From: the human T2T-CHM13v2.0 reference genome, Homo sapiens
DNA length: 64,000 nucleotides
NCBI RefSeq assembly: GCF_009914755.1
Contig: NC_060928.1
Strand: one strand, 5' to 3'
The notes beneath the pieces were generated by a model. That model did not search any database, was not told where the DNA came from, and saw only the letters and a list, made by a program, of their open reading frames with translations. Position numbers and translations under genes: made by a program. Shown in pieces: positions 30,715-44,484 of the stretch; positions within the stretch are counted from its first letter, which is position 1, and each line of letters opens with the position of its first letter.

Positions 30715-31191
30715 ACAATCTATCATTTGCAATGACATAGATGAACCTAGAGAACATTATGTGAACTGAAATAAGCCAGGCACAGAAAGGCAAATACTGC
30801 ATTATCTCACTTTTGTGTGGAATCTAAATAAGGTGAACTCTTAGAAGCAGAAGTAGAATGGTGGTTACCAGGGGCTGTGTGGTGGTGAAGGGTCGGGGCA
30901 ATGTAGGGGTTGAGATTGCAGAGATGTTGGTGAAAGGATACAAAATTTCAGATAGATAGAAGAAATAAGTTCAAGAGACTGTGACTATAGTTAGTGGCAA
31001 TACACTGTATACTTGAATATTGCTAAGAGAGTATATTTCAAGTGTTCTTTCTCACCACATAAAAATGATAAGTAGCTGAGGTAATACATATGTTAATTAA
31101 TTTAATTTACCCATTTCACAATGTGTATATATTTCAAAACATCATATTGTATATCATAAGTATATAAATTTTTATTTTGTCAATTAAAAAA
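30715..31191 (+). mobile_element. L1MA-type 3' end
   Basis: tcatttgcaatgacatagatgaacctagagaacattatg...agtagaatggtggttaccagggg...ttgtcaattaaaa. Confidence 0.8.
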
Positions 31192-32799
31192 CACTGAGCT
31201 GAAAGTCTTACGGGAGGAGTCTGAGAGTGATTTCAAGTCCCTTGATATACTTGACACTGAAATATCTCACTCACTATCCGAGTTCATGGGCAGTCTCTAA
31301 CTAGCAGTTTACCTTTTCTTCTAATTGTGCTTCACTATGGTTGATGTTTGTGTGTGTTGTTGGCTTTTTTTTTTTTTAACAAAAAGCTACTCAAAGAAAT
31401 CAAAAGACTCTGGGAGTTAGTAACTTCTAATACCTTAGGCAGAAAGATCAAACGATAAATACTATTATCACTGAGGCAGGCATTATCTTCCCAAAGGGAT
31501 TTAAAATCTATGTGGCAATGACAATAATTGTTATGCATATGTGCTGATGGTCTGAGAACAAAACAATACTACCAATATCTATATAATGCTTTGAGTTTTA
31601 TAATTGATATTTGGCAAGTGCCAATTTTATGGCTGAAATTCCTAGGCCCATCATGACATGATTTGTTATTAAATGTCTGTAATTATAGAGTCTAATCATG
31701 AGAAAATAGCTCACTATATCCACAAGGAATAGCTGATAGAAAGACATTACACAACTTCATGCTAGCTTCTGAGAAGCTGCAATACAAACCACAAAACCTG
31801 AATTTCCCTGGGGTTCTCTGTTTAGGTGTTGGCTCTGGTGAAATGAACACTCAAGAATTGATCTGAAAAGAATAATTCTAAAAAGTAGAAGTAATGGTAG
31901 AATAACAAATTTATATGTGATACATGTGTTTCTTATTAGGAAACATTTGAAAGTGTTATTGATAAATAACAAAATTGGAATGTTCCAAAATGTTAAAGCA
32001 CCTAAAATAGTGTACTTATACAGGTATTCTATGATAAACTTGGATAAACTGTCAAACTCTTTTTTCTAAGAACAGATTACTTTTTACTCACTTTCTGTCT
32101 TTATAGTTGTTTTATTCTCAAATAAAATAACTCACTGTTATGTTTGGTTATTATTCCCAATTTATTCTTTCTTTTCAAAAAACCAGCTTCTCATTTATTT
32201 TTTCAGAATCATGTGCTATCAAAAATGCATTAAAAATTGTCAAAGCTTTTAAATATGCAACTTTTCTTTGAAAGTATTAGTTTATATACTAGTCTAGTGA
32301 AGTCATAAAAAGACTTACCCCAGTATTTTAACTACATTTTTACTGCTGTTTCTCCCCCTCCTTTATCATCACTTCTTCCTTTGCACTAAGCATTGGTATA
32401 TTCCAGAATTCTAGCCTGGTATCCTTCTCTTTTCATCTGTATTTTCCTGTCTAGGCAAATCCATAATTCTGATTCAATTATTTCTCACCTATCTAACACA
32501 GTATCTGACCATCTTTCACAAAATCGACACAACTCAAACAAGCACACTATCTGAAAAACAAGTCAACAAAGAAGATGTGAATCTTAAACACGAACAAAGA
32601 AAAACTTGATCCTGTTAACATCCCCCTGGCTCAAGCAAACCCTGGCCTTTTCAGCTGTGTTAGTCTATAAACCCCCTTTGTCATACTCTGGATTGTCTTT
32701 TCTCTCACGTGCCATCAGAACATACAAAAGCTAACACTAAGAATGGAACAATGCAAATGACAAACACTAAATTCATAATTGGAAGAATCAAGGAGGGAG

Positions 32800-34525
32800 G
32801 AGGACTCTAACACTTCGTGCTGGGTAACACTTGTAATTTGGTAACGGAGGTTACAAATAGGTAAATTTACACACGTATTAGCTTGGTGTTCAGAAGCTAT
32901 CCTTACTGAGACAATAGAACTAATCGTCTTGAATTTTAAAAATGTAGAATTGTGGCATATGCTTGCTAGTTCTTATGGTTCACTGTAAGTCTTCTTTTTA
33001 AAAAGAAGCTGACATTGAAATCTGTTCCTCTAAGTAAAGACAGGAAGAAAAAAATATATGGCTTTACCAAGAAATACCTTTCTTGCCTGAGACTTTCCAT
33101 TCGAGGTCACAGAAAAATTTGAAAGTTCAGACAGCTGGATTCTCTCCTCCAAACTAAAGTTATTGCCAGCAAAAGCAGGGAAGTAGGAGCAATCACAGGA
33201 GGTAATATTAAAACCAGAGAGAAGCCATCCTCCTCAGGATTCTTCGAAAAGCTCCTCTTTTAAACTACACTTAGAGGGATGGTCACCTCAGTATAAAGAT
33301 CCCACATCAGCCCCAGTCCTTATGTTAAATGGCCCAAGGCAGGGGCAAGATGCAGATTCTCAGGGTAAGGAAGATAGGCAGAGCAATGTGTCAGGCGGGT
33401 ATTAATTAAGAAAAACATGGGGCCTAGTTCTCATACAAAGACCAGCTTGAGGAGATTTCTGGCCTTTGGCACTGGCCCATGGAATTGTCTAGAGGACAGA
33501 TTGAAAGTCCACTTAAGTTTTAATGGAATTGTCCTATCAACACTGGAATAAAACAGGCTGCAAGTACAACCACTAAAGCATATCCCAAATTCCTAATCGG
33601 ATAGCAAGGGAAACAGATGGGGGATACCCAACACACACATCTCACACATGACCACTGAGGACAAAAATAAGGAAAACTATAGAGTAAAATACAACTAGGG
33701 TGACTAATTCAGGTCTGCTGACAAAAGAACTTACAGTGTCAGGGAAAATGGAGCAAATAATCCTTGCTATTCTTTTTGAGCCAGATATAACATATGGTAT
33801 GGCCTCTTGGCCACCGTGTTTTGTTTCCCATTCTTTCCATCCAATGGAAGTTTTGTGGTACATATTTGTATTTTCTATCAATGTGTTTTGCATATGACAA
33901 AGATAAACTCTCTACTTGTTTGATGATGCTTGATGACCATGAGGAACTACACCCAGACCTGACGAGAAGGAATTAATATTGACCAGAGGCCATAGACTTG
34001 GAGTGAATGTAGTAACTGGGAAAAAGGAATTTAAGAATAAGGTTCTGTTTGTACTTTTGCTAGCCTAAGGGATGGATTATAGTTTTTTTTTTTAATTTGC
34101 CAGGACCCATGCCCCCTATATTATTCAAATGTAGCTCTATTCTCAACTTCAATGGTAAAGTAGCACCATACACCTGGCCAAATGGTGCAGAGCAGCATTG
34201 GATCAGGAATGGGCAAGTGACCAAACTGATTCAATGAGAAGAAATTACAGGTCAAACATGGAAGGGACCTGGTTCAGGATACAAGGCAAAGGCCCATTTT
34301 ATGATGAGGAGAGTCTGTAGCTGAATATGAACCCAACAGAGGGGAAGCAGAGCTCAACGATGAAGAGAAAGAAACTGAGTCTTACTAATTGCATCAGACC
34401 CTGAATTGAGAGACTGAAAGCTTACATTTATCTAACTCTGGATTTTTCAGTAACATAAGCTAATTAATTATCTTTTTAGTTAGACACGCTTGAGATTGAA
34501 TTTGCATTCACTTTGAACAGGAAAA
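32800..34525 (+). mobile_element. MaLR: internal remnant plus MLT1-type LTR (about 34078-34525)
   Basis: Polypurine-tract-like aagggatggat before the LTR start, and MLT1 motifs gggcaagtgaccaaactgattcaatgaga and ggatttttcagtaacataagc. Internal extent uncertain. Confidence 0.5.
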
Positions 34526-35745
34526 TAAAATCCCAACTAACTTTCTGAATTTATTTCTCCCTCCCCCTTGCACAATTTTATACCATAGCCACACCAAGCA
34601 TAACCAATATTTTCACCTTTTAGAGACTTGGTTCTTATTAGGCTTCTGACTGGATGTTTATTTCTCTTCCCTCCCTGGAAAACTTCTATTTACCCACTAA
34701 AGCTCAGCTATCTGTTTTCTTCCTTTGTAAAGACCTCTCCAAACTTCTAAACAGATTCATATGTTTCCAAAGTCATCATCATTTCTAAGACTACAACAAA
34801 AACATGTGATCTGCTGTGTATGTCTCTCACATATGATACAGAGGTTTCGTCAATCAGCGATGGGGTTTTGTTTTTCACACTGTATTTGTTATTTTGGCTT
34901 TAAGCAGAAAATTACTATACAGGATTTAGAATAATTTGTAACAAGGCATTGGCAATAGCAGTTATACTGTTATTTCCAAAATGTGTGGTCCTTTTGAAAA
35001 TCTTTAAGTATACTACTTCTTTTCTAAGCAAGAAAGTTATAATTCTTGAATAACTATGCTTATTTGTAATATTTTCACACAGAGTAGAAACTGGAGTGTT
35101 ACGGCCTAAATATATTCAAATTTTGTGTGCTTTGTCTCTGTTGAGTTCCACCAGAATTTCTTTTTTTCTTTTCATTTACTCCTATATCAGTACTTCAGTT
35201 GGCTAAAAATAACACTTTGCTGAAGGCTCATAAACAAGAGTATTTTAAGGCGGACAACAAACTATTTTTAAGGTGCATGTTTTAAATGCCTGACTTTGGA
35301 TGATGTGCCACCTACTTTAATGCTCAAAAGAAAAAGTGACACAACTGTAGAAATAATTATCAAACTATTTTAAGTATTATACTGGTGGCCAAAAGAGAGA
35401 ACATTTATTTTTAAGTTAGGATGTTACAAAAAATCATATCCTCTTTTTCCTTGAGTTCAAGTTTCATATGGTGTTTTATAAGCTGTTTTTCTTATGCTTA
35501 TGGCACAATGCTAACTGTTTTTATTAGGAAATGGCCTCCTGGCTAAGTGCCTACTCATTGTATTACAGCATTTTCCCTCAGCTGTAGCAGAACAACAAAC
35601 CAACAAGTTCACACTTCCTTATTAATTCTGGAAAACCCTTACCATGCATAACACAGCATGAACCTTTTTATATCTTGACAATTGCTGGAAGTGTTTTATT
35701 TTATAACAGAATTTTAAGAATATCCTAATTAAATAGCAAACAGTG

Positions 35746-35759
35746 GTTACTATGGAAAC
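35746..35759. promoter_or_regulatory. RFX X-box motif
   Basis: GTTACTATGGAAAC in unique sequence. Motif evidence only. Confidence 0.4.
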
Positions 35760-35979
35760 CATGTTCATAAGTTTTATAATTGTCTTTAAAAATGTTAATT
35801 GTCTTCCAAAGCTGTGACTTAGGCTATTAATAACTTGTAAACCTGTTGTTTTTCTCTTCTCAGTGGTTTCTTGCTTTTTGAATACAGCATTATAGTTTGA
35901 TGAAAGATGATATAAGTGATCATCTTTAAATTATTGATGTTTCCCACAATTTATGGGAACAATTCAAATCTCTTAAGTC

Positions 35980-36364
35980 GGTTCAATTATGTTTAGCCTA
36001 AGGCCATCTCCTTACATATTTTAAGTTCACCCTAAATGTTTCTCTGTACATCCTGAACTATAAACTAAATGGAGTTGTAACCTACTCTTAGGCCAATCAC
36101 CAAGTTTTGGCCAATCAGATGTGGCCAACTGTTCAAACCCTGTTCAAATAAGGCAAACACCAAGCTGTAACCAACCTAGCTGTTTCTGCACCTCACTTAT
36201 GTTTTCTGTACATCACTTTGCTTTTTCTGTCCCTACATCCGTGGCTGTGCTGAAGTCATGGAGCCTACTCTGGCTCAGGAGGCTGCTGATTCATGATTCA
36301 CGAATAGTTCTTTGCTCTATTAAACTCTCTTAAATTTAATTCAACTAAAGTTTTTCTTTTAACA
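35980..36364 (+). mobile_element. MER57(A)-like ERV1 solo LTR
   Basis: gtttagcctaa...ccttacatattttaagttc start, CCAAT boxes, ATTAAA, and a ttttaaca end. 4-bp TSD agtc at 35976-35979 and 36365-36368. Confidence 0.85.
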
Positions 36365-36599
36365 AGTCTTAAAAGTGAAGCTGGGAAGCTTGCACCTATT
36401 AGCATCCAAATGGAAACACTTACTTGTGCTTGGGATAGAAACAATGTCAAAATAAGGAAAAGTGTGGATTAATAGAAAATAGATCTTTAGTGTATTCCTA
36501 CTTTAGTTGCCATCCATTTGCTCCTCCATTTTCTATATTTGTATAGGTTAGAACCTCACACTTTGTATGTTAAATATTTGCAATGCCATGTAAAAGAAA

Positions 36600-36800
36600 G
36601 AACCTGGACATATACTAGTCTGCATTTGATTTCTGACTTCCTGTCTATGTGACTTTATTCAGTTAATTTAATTTTTCTCAACTTCAATTCCATTGAATAC
36701 AAAATGGGAAATTGATACTTTTTGTATAAATTTGTTATGAATATATTAGAGAAAATGAATTGCACATAAACAAAAGCCTAGTGACAAATAAATGGCACTC
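36600..36800 (+). mobile_element. MIR fragment
   Basis: tgtgactttattcagttaatttaatttttctcaacttcaattcc...aaaatggga. Confidence 0.55.
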
Positions 36801-37790
36801 ATAACAGATCCGCAACTAAACATCAACAACAACAGTAATTATCAATTGTGAGTACTTTCTTTGAGCCGCATCTTTACAAATGCTATCTATTTCAGCTGTC
36901 AGGTAAAGATTAGCAAATGCTATTGCCTTGTTTTTGCTGCTGTTTTGTTTTGCCCTTATTGCCCCAAGTTTACACATAATATATTCTCTTAAGTTAAATT
37001 TTTAGATTGGGAGAAAAGGTCACTGATATTCTGGAAAGAAAACAAAACAAAACTTAAAAGGACTACACTCATTCCAACCTCCACATCCGCCTGCCAAGAA
37101 CAACAAACCTCCCTTCCAGCTTCTCCCTCCTGAGCAGCTGACATAGTTTTACCATCAGGCTCTGTAGCCTCCTCATTCCCCAAAAGTTACACATTACTTC
37201 TTTGTCTTCACTGTGCCTCCTCTCTGTCCCTTTCAGAGTTCAGGCAGCTACCCCTGCCTGATATGCCTCTCAGTCGATATCAGTTGTTGTAGACATATCT
37301 TTATTTGTTTCGGTAAGAAAAGCTTCAGATTGACCACTAACCAAGGATCATGGAGAGATTCACTGGCCCTCTCAGGGCCTGCTGCTGTTAAGTTTTGGGT
37401 GAGGTCTGTCCGGTCTGTTTGCCATTTCCATCCACCAACCCCATCTATTCACTGCCGACGTGCATGGGCATGTTGCCATGTCAGAGGTACCACAAGAAAT
37501 ATTTATCTTCTGAGGCTAAAAAAAAGCATAGAATTATTTCCTTTTGAAATTGATGAGCTCCATTCTTGGGTCATCAGTTTTGAACTTGACACAGCAGAGA
37601 AACAGAGAACAGTGGCTCCATTTGTCGGCTGCAGCCTTGCTCCTTGACAAACCTGAGGGCAAGTTCCTCAGGCTTGTTGAGAAGGTTTGTGCTCCAATCC
37701 CTTCAACCTTGCAAACTAAATGACATATTACACACATTTTAAAAATGAAGAAAAGGAAATAAAGAGTGATAAAGTAACTACCCATGATCA

Positions 37791-38424
37791 TGTTACCTGA
37801 AAGGGGTCCAGATCCAGGCCCCAAAAGAGGGTTCTTGGATATCACGCAAGAAAGAATTTGGGGTGAGTCCACAGAGTAAAGTGAAAGTCAGTTTATTAAG
37901 AAAGTAAAGGAATAAAAGAATGGCTACTCCATAGGCAGAGCAGCGGCATGGGCTGCTCAACTAAGGATACTTACAGTTATTTCTTGATTATATACCAAAC
38001 AAGGGCTGGGCTGTTTATGAGTTTTCCTGGACAGGGGTGGGCAATTCCCCGAACTGATGGTTCCCCCCTTTTTAGACCATAGAGGATAACAACCTGATGT
38101 TACTATGGCAACAGTAAACTGTCATGGTGCTGGTGGGTGTGTCCTTTAGCATGCTAATGTGTTATAATTAGCATATAATGAGCAGTGAGGACGACCAGAG
38201 ATCTCTTTCGAGGTCATCTTGGTTTTGGTGGGTTGTAGCCAGCTTCTTTACTGCAACCTGTTTTATCAGCAAGGTCTTTTTGACCTGTATCTTGTGCCGA
38301 CCTCCTGTCTCATCCTGTGACTAAGAATTCCTTAACCTCCTGGGAATGCAACCCAGTAGGTCTCAGCCTTATTTTACCAGCCCCTATTCAAGATGGAGTT
38401 GCTCTGGTTCAAACACTTCTGACA
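37791..38424 (-). mobile_element. MER41B solo LTR
   Basis: The minus strand begins TGTCAGAAGTGTTTGAACCAGAGCAACTCCATCTTGAATAGGGGCTGGG and ends GGTAACA; 634 bp. 4-bp TSD atca at 37787-37790 and 38425-38428. Confidence 0.9.
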
Positions 38425-38623
38425 ATCACACAGCTAATGCGCTGTTCCACTACACCAGTCTGACTCTATGTAAGCACTTAATACATAGTTGTTAAATAAC
38501 TAGGTGTGCTAGATTTGGAGCAGAGAGCTGAATATGTAAAAATGAATACAGCCTAAGCCCTCAGAGCATAGGGCACATAAGTCTGTGTGAGGGAATAAAT
38601 AGGGTAAGTTCATAACCAAGCAA

Positions 38624-38660
38624 GATAGATAGATAATAGATAGAGAGAGAGATAGACAGA
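38624..38660. repeat. (GATA)n/(GA)n microsatellite
   Basis: Directly visible. Confidence 0.8.
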
Positions 38661-38793
38661 TTTAATGAATCTATCACTATAAGTGCTTTGAGAGAAGTCT
38701 CTACAGTGCACAAGGAGAGTATAAATGAGGGAATGGCATTTCTTTGGAGGTTAAGGTTTAGTTTTCTAAAGGGAAATGATGGCCAATGTCTGC

Positions 38794-38986
38794 TTTTTGT
38801 TTACTTTTTTTGTTTTTTGGGCTTTTTTTTTTTTTTGAGATGGGGTCTCATTTTGTCTCCCAGGCTGGAATGCAATGGTGTGATCATGGGTCACTGCATC
38901 CTTGACCTCCCTGACTCAAGCAATCGCCCGTCTGTCTCAGCCTCCCGCGGTGCTGGGACTACAGTCATGAGCCATCATGTCTGGCC
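38794..38986 (-). mobile_element. Alu monomer (FRAM-like)
   Basis: A single right-arm-type monomer ending ctggcc, with a T-rich tail. Confidence 0.75.
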
Positions 38987-41502
38987 TGCCAAGGTCTGTT
39001 TTGAGAAGAGTGAATATGGGGATCTTACATTGTGCAATATTTGAAATATCTAGAGGAAACATTATATAATGCAGTAGAAAATGCTTGAAAAAAACGTGAA
39101 GTATCTTGACAGCCCACTAAAAACACTGTATGATTTGTTTTGCCCTATATTGCAGTACTTCGGTGGCTTTAGCTGAATACGGTTCATCACAAGCCAACCT
39201 GTTAACATGCAGATGTGAACAAATGATCAAATAGAACTGAAGTTTATGGCCATTGCTTAACTCTTAGAGAATAAAAGGCAATAGCATTTCCCGATTATGA
39301 AGAATTCTACCTTTGTAAAAAATTAAACAAATGAAATTGTATCACTTATTTTCTAAAGGAATAAATTTAGAAAATATCACCTTTGGTCATAGTTGTCACC
39401 AGAACTGAATTTAAAATATTCATTCACTATCATTGCAGCCTGTACAGTCACTACAGTCTATGGTTTAAATATGGCCATTTTAAATTTGGGGGGTTTTGTT
39501 TTGATAATCACAAATAACTTTGATAAATGGTCAAATTTCACTTTTTTTATGTTTACCACATTTATTGGGTATTTTCCAATGTACCAATGCTGAGTCTTTT
39601 GGAACTGTCATTTGTAGCTGGTGCTTGTTTGACATGTGGAACCCAAAGACAGCAGAACTCTCTGTGGTCCCCATCCTAGTGCCCCCTCCCCACCCCTGCA
39701 TCATTCCTGTGCCCCTCTAGGGGATGTGGCCAAGACTTTTGGAAGCCAGTGCCTTCCAGCTATAACAGTGTTGATATTCTGATATATTTACCAAGGCTCT
39801 AGTTTATACACAATCAGTTCTTCTCAAGTTGCCTCCTGCACTTATCAGTGGGACTGAAACACAACATAAAGACTACTGTCAATATTAAAGTTTTTGGCAA
39901 AGAGTGTGCACCTGAATCATCTTCTTTGTGCAGGGAGGTAGGATTAGGCACTGGGTTTGTCACAGAGCAAGCTGTTGTAAAGAAGTGAAGTGGATCCTGG
40001 AGATGGTTCTGTTGCAGTGGCAGTACAGTATCTCACCAGGTAGTGGCTGGAGTTGGCTCCAAGTCTCTGGCAGGGGAACACCTTGACACACGTCTGGGGT
40101 CGCTGGCACTCCCTTCCTCTCTGACTCCAGCCTTAAGGTGAAGAATTCCATGTAGCTTCTTGTCCTTTCCCCTCAGCTGTCTTTGCTTCACAAGGTTTTA
40201 GCCCAAATAAAGAGTACAAATCCCAAAGCCACATAGAAATGAACTTTCTGCTAACTGGAAGCTTTAAGTGAGTAAAGGTACTTTATAATGAAAAATGCAT
40301 ACATTTAGTTTAGGAAAACTGAGATGTTAACATGTACCTGGTGAAATAAGAAGAAATATCATCCTGATAATTCTCAAATTTTCTTCCCCTACAAGCACTG
40401 ATCTCTAGCAAAGTGGGAAGAATATGTAAACTTCACTGTCATCATATAACATATTTCTGTTTATTAGGTGATTTTGTAGATAGTTTCAGTTTCATATTTA
40501 ATATTATTTTATTTTCTGTTTATTTTTTAAATTAATTCTTGGCTCAATTTGGATCATGTGCTTTTAGAAAATTATTTTAATTATGATAGGAGACTTAAGT
40601 TGGTTATTTAGAGAGGACTCTGTTTGTTTACAGTTTTATGATCCTTCTCAAATGCTTTAAGAAACTGAAAGCCTGTAAAGCTTTCATGCATACTGTGAAC
40701 TGCACACTTCAGTTCACAGAAGAGATTTAATTAGAATATGTTGATGATGAGCAGTCCATCTTTTTCATGTAGTATAATTTATTAGACATAAAGGTGGCAT
40801 TATTTATACTGTTCAACCATACTTACATATATGCAAATATGAATTTAATTTGATTGTCTTGTTTAACCCTTGAAAAGCACTGAAGCCATCAATAGACAAC
40901 CTTTAAGATGCTTCAGGGGAAGAGATACTTTTCCCAATAAATGTTATTGCCCTTCTGTCATTAGTAATTAGTATTTTAGCTTCATAGCTTGTTCTTTTGT
41001 CTAATATATTTCTGTAAATCTTTCATTCTCTAGCCAATCAATCAGAAGAAATTTTTAAGAGTTGATGGATGGTATGTGTGTGTGTGTGTTTTCACATAAA
41101 TCAAAGTTGTACAGCAAGTTTGATTGTCATGCTGAGCTTGTCAAAATTAATCTAAGATTTATCATAAAGAAAAAAATGATTTTTTTCTGTTATATAGTTT
41201 GTGAGTTAACATAGAATGGTGGAGTAAGTAGCCTTTAGAATATACTTCCAATTCAATTAGTCCTAAGGTTTATATTACATTAAAGTAAAAATTCTCTGGA
41301 CACAAACAAATATTAAGAATATATATAGTATTCTGAAAAATATGTTAATAAACTTCATTTTAATTTTATTAAATAGCACATTTTCTGTTACTTAATATTA
41401 TTTAGAGAAGCAGGAGAATGAGAGCAATGAACACATGTCAGATGAGCAAGTAGAGAGGAAATTAAAGGACTAAAGGCATTGTTTCTGAAAATAAAAAAAC
41501 CA

Positions 41503-41544
41503 GGCTATGGTCATACTGCCCTGAATGCGCCCAAACTCATCTGA
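41503..41544 (+). pseudogene. 5S rRNA retropseudogene fragment (nt 1-42)
   Basis: ggctatggtcatactgccctgaatgcgcccaaactcatctga versus human 5S GTCTACGGCCATACCACCCTGAACGCGCCCGATCTCGTCTGA: 33/42 identical, with 4 mismatches at CpG sites. A-rich flanks. Confidence 0.85.
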
Positions 41545-42699
41545 AAACAAACAAACAAAAAAAAACAAACAAACTTTAAAACCAAATTTTAATATACGAT
41601 AATAAAATTTAAAAAACAGAGAGAAAAAATCCATAATGTTCTCAATGGATGGTGAACAAAATGAAAACATGGTTTGATTTAGTTTGGTTTTTGTAAGAAA
41701 ATGGAGTAAATTTTTCATCCAAACTCCAAATTCAATTTTGTTTAAATGTCTCTGATCTGTCCTTTAAAATGGGTGATTTCACTCAGTCTCTTAAAACACA
41801 AACACGCACAGAGCAGGAGCAACACCCCTACTCTGCAGTTGGGTAGTTGTTCTCCAGATTCTAAAAACAACAGCAAAAACAAGTTATATGAGGCCTGTTC
41901 ATGTATATTACCTGATTTGGTCCTGCTGAATATAGAAGAGGCTATCTTTGCTTTGAACAAATGACACATTTTGTGATTCATTTTTAGAGCCTAGGAGAGG
42001 AAATAGACAGCAGTTGCTTTGAAACAGAGAAAGAAGACAGCCCACTCCTAAGAAATAAACCAAAGATCTCTAGAAAGTGCCACTGGGGTTGGGTTGACAA
42101 GGAAGTTAATGATAAGTGACAATAAAAACAACAATTAAAAACCTGAATTTATCCTAAGCATTTATTTCTTTTAAAAGACACTCTAACATCTTTTATTGTT
42201 TTAATTGAAGAGCTATATAATTTTCCTATTTAAATCTATTTTATTTCTCTTGCCTATTCACAAGCTCAAACAGAAGTCTTCTCCTTTTGCTATGTGTTTT
42301 TTTCTCCTTTACAAATTGGACTTCTTTATTACCAGCACAAAGCTTTAAAAATCCACATAGACCAGAGTGACCACTTGACTCACTTTTCAGAGATAACAAC
42401 ACTAAGCTCTTTTTATTTTTCTTTAGTTGCACTGGTGATTATCATAGATCACATTGCTTGATAGATACATAAGGCATGAAAATTGTTGGCCACAATGTAC
42501 TAGGGAATGGTAAGGAAGATACTCTGAGTCATAACTAAACCATGGGGTTTAATATTTTGTTTCATTAATTTAACAAATATATAGTGCATGCTATTCTACT
42601 AAGTATATACAGTTCCAGGAACTGAGAATACAGTAATAGTTATTGTTTATACAGTAATGAGGAAAAACTTAAAACATATAATTAATAAATGCTATATGG

Positions 42700-43036
<337 letters not shown>

Positions 43037-43639
43037 CTAGAAATAGTCCTAAATTGTGAATTAACTATTTTAATAGATTTGCTTTTAAAGCTGAAACATA
43101 TGAAACTTATAAAAGACAATAAAATCACATATGTACTGTTTTTATTTATTTACATATCTAGTTCTCCTATCACTAGACTAAGTTTTAATCCCCAGTAACT
43201 ACCTTTGCAAAGCATAAAATAATCAAATACATATTCATTTAATCATTGGATTTAATTATAATCCCAAAATATTAACTTAGAAAACATAAAACTGTCAAAC
43301 CTCAAGTATCCTCAATGTTAAAGCTTTTATTTTACTTTGAATTTCTTAAAACAGGTTCAACTTTCCCAATGCCACTTGGTTAGCAATTGGCAGAAATAAA
43401 TAGAAATTTGGCTCTGCTCAGAACACATCCTTTTCATTGAAACTTTTTTTTCTATCAAGGCTTTTAGTTGAATTTTTTTCAAAGTGCCACAAATATAAAA
43501 GAGAATTAGCACTATATTTTAAATATAAAGCAATACAAATAAATAAAATTGGGTTGACTATTGATTAAACAACATTTCCAGTACCTTCTAAAACTTATTT
43601 TCTTGTGACATAACTTTTCTTCTGAAAGATTAATGCTAG

Positions 43640-43805
43640 CTAGAGATAGCTAGTTGTTTGCCAAACACTAGGTCGAGTTGGGTATTTCTGTGTACCGAAG
43701 GGTAGAGTTGCTCTGGAAACTGGCTTCTCTCACAGCCTTGCATGAAATTAGGGTCAGATGATTGGGTTCTGGCCAAGAGAATGTGAATGAAAGTGACATG
43801 AACTA
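43640..43805 (+). mobile_element. MLT1 LTR fragment
   Basis: cagccttgca...gggttctggccaagagaatgtgaatgaaagtgacatg motif. Confidence 0.45.
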
Positions 43806-44111
43806 GGACTTTTCAAACTTTCGTTTTCATAAAGACCACCTGAGAAACTAGTTAAACCATCTATTCCTGAACTCTACCAACAGTTTCTAATTCAGTAGGG
43901 CTGGAAAAAGGCTGGTTTGTGGGTAATGCTGATGCTATCTGCCCATGACTCACACACTGATATACATGACTACTACTTTGCCCATATCCAGTAAAAAAAA
44001 GAGATATTTTTAATAATATCATTATTTCTATGTTATGAACGAACAAAAAAGTAACCATCTATTTACAAGTAGATAACAACTGGTTATATTCTCTACCATC
44101 AATTTTTGTTG

Positions 44112-44171
44112 TGGACAATTACAAATTCCATTTATTTGTTTGTTTGTATGTTTTGGACAATTACAAATTCC

Positions 44172-44195
<24 letters not shown>
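44112..44195. repeat. 42-bp tandem duplication at an Alu tail junction
   Basis: tggacaattacaaattccatttatttgtttgt at 44112 and 44154. Confidence 0.9.

Positions 44196-44484
<289 letters not shown>

Noticed and set aside
37213-37647. 144-aa plus-strand ORF, the longest outside L1
   Set aside because: It starts at GTG, has no recognisable domain, and has non-coding-like composition.
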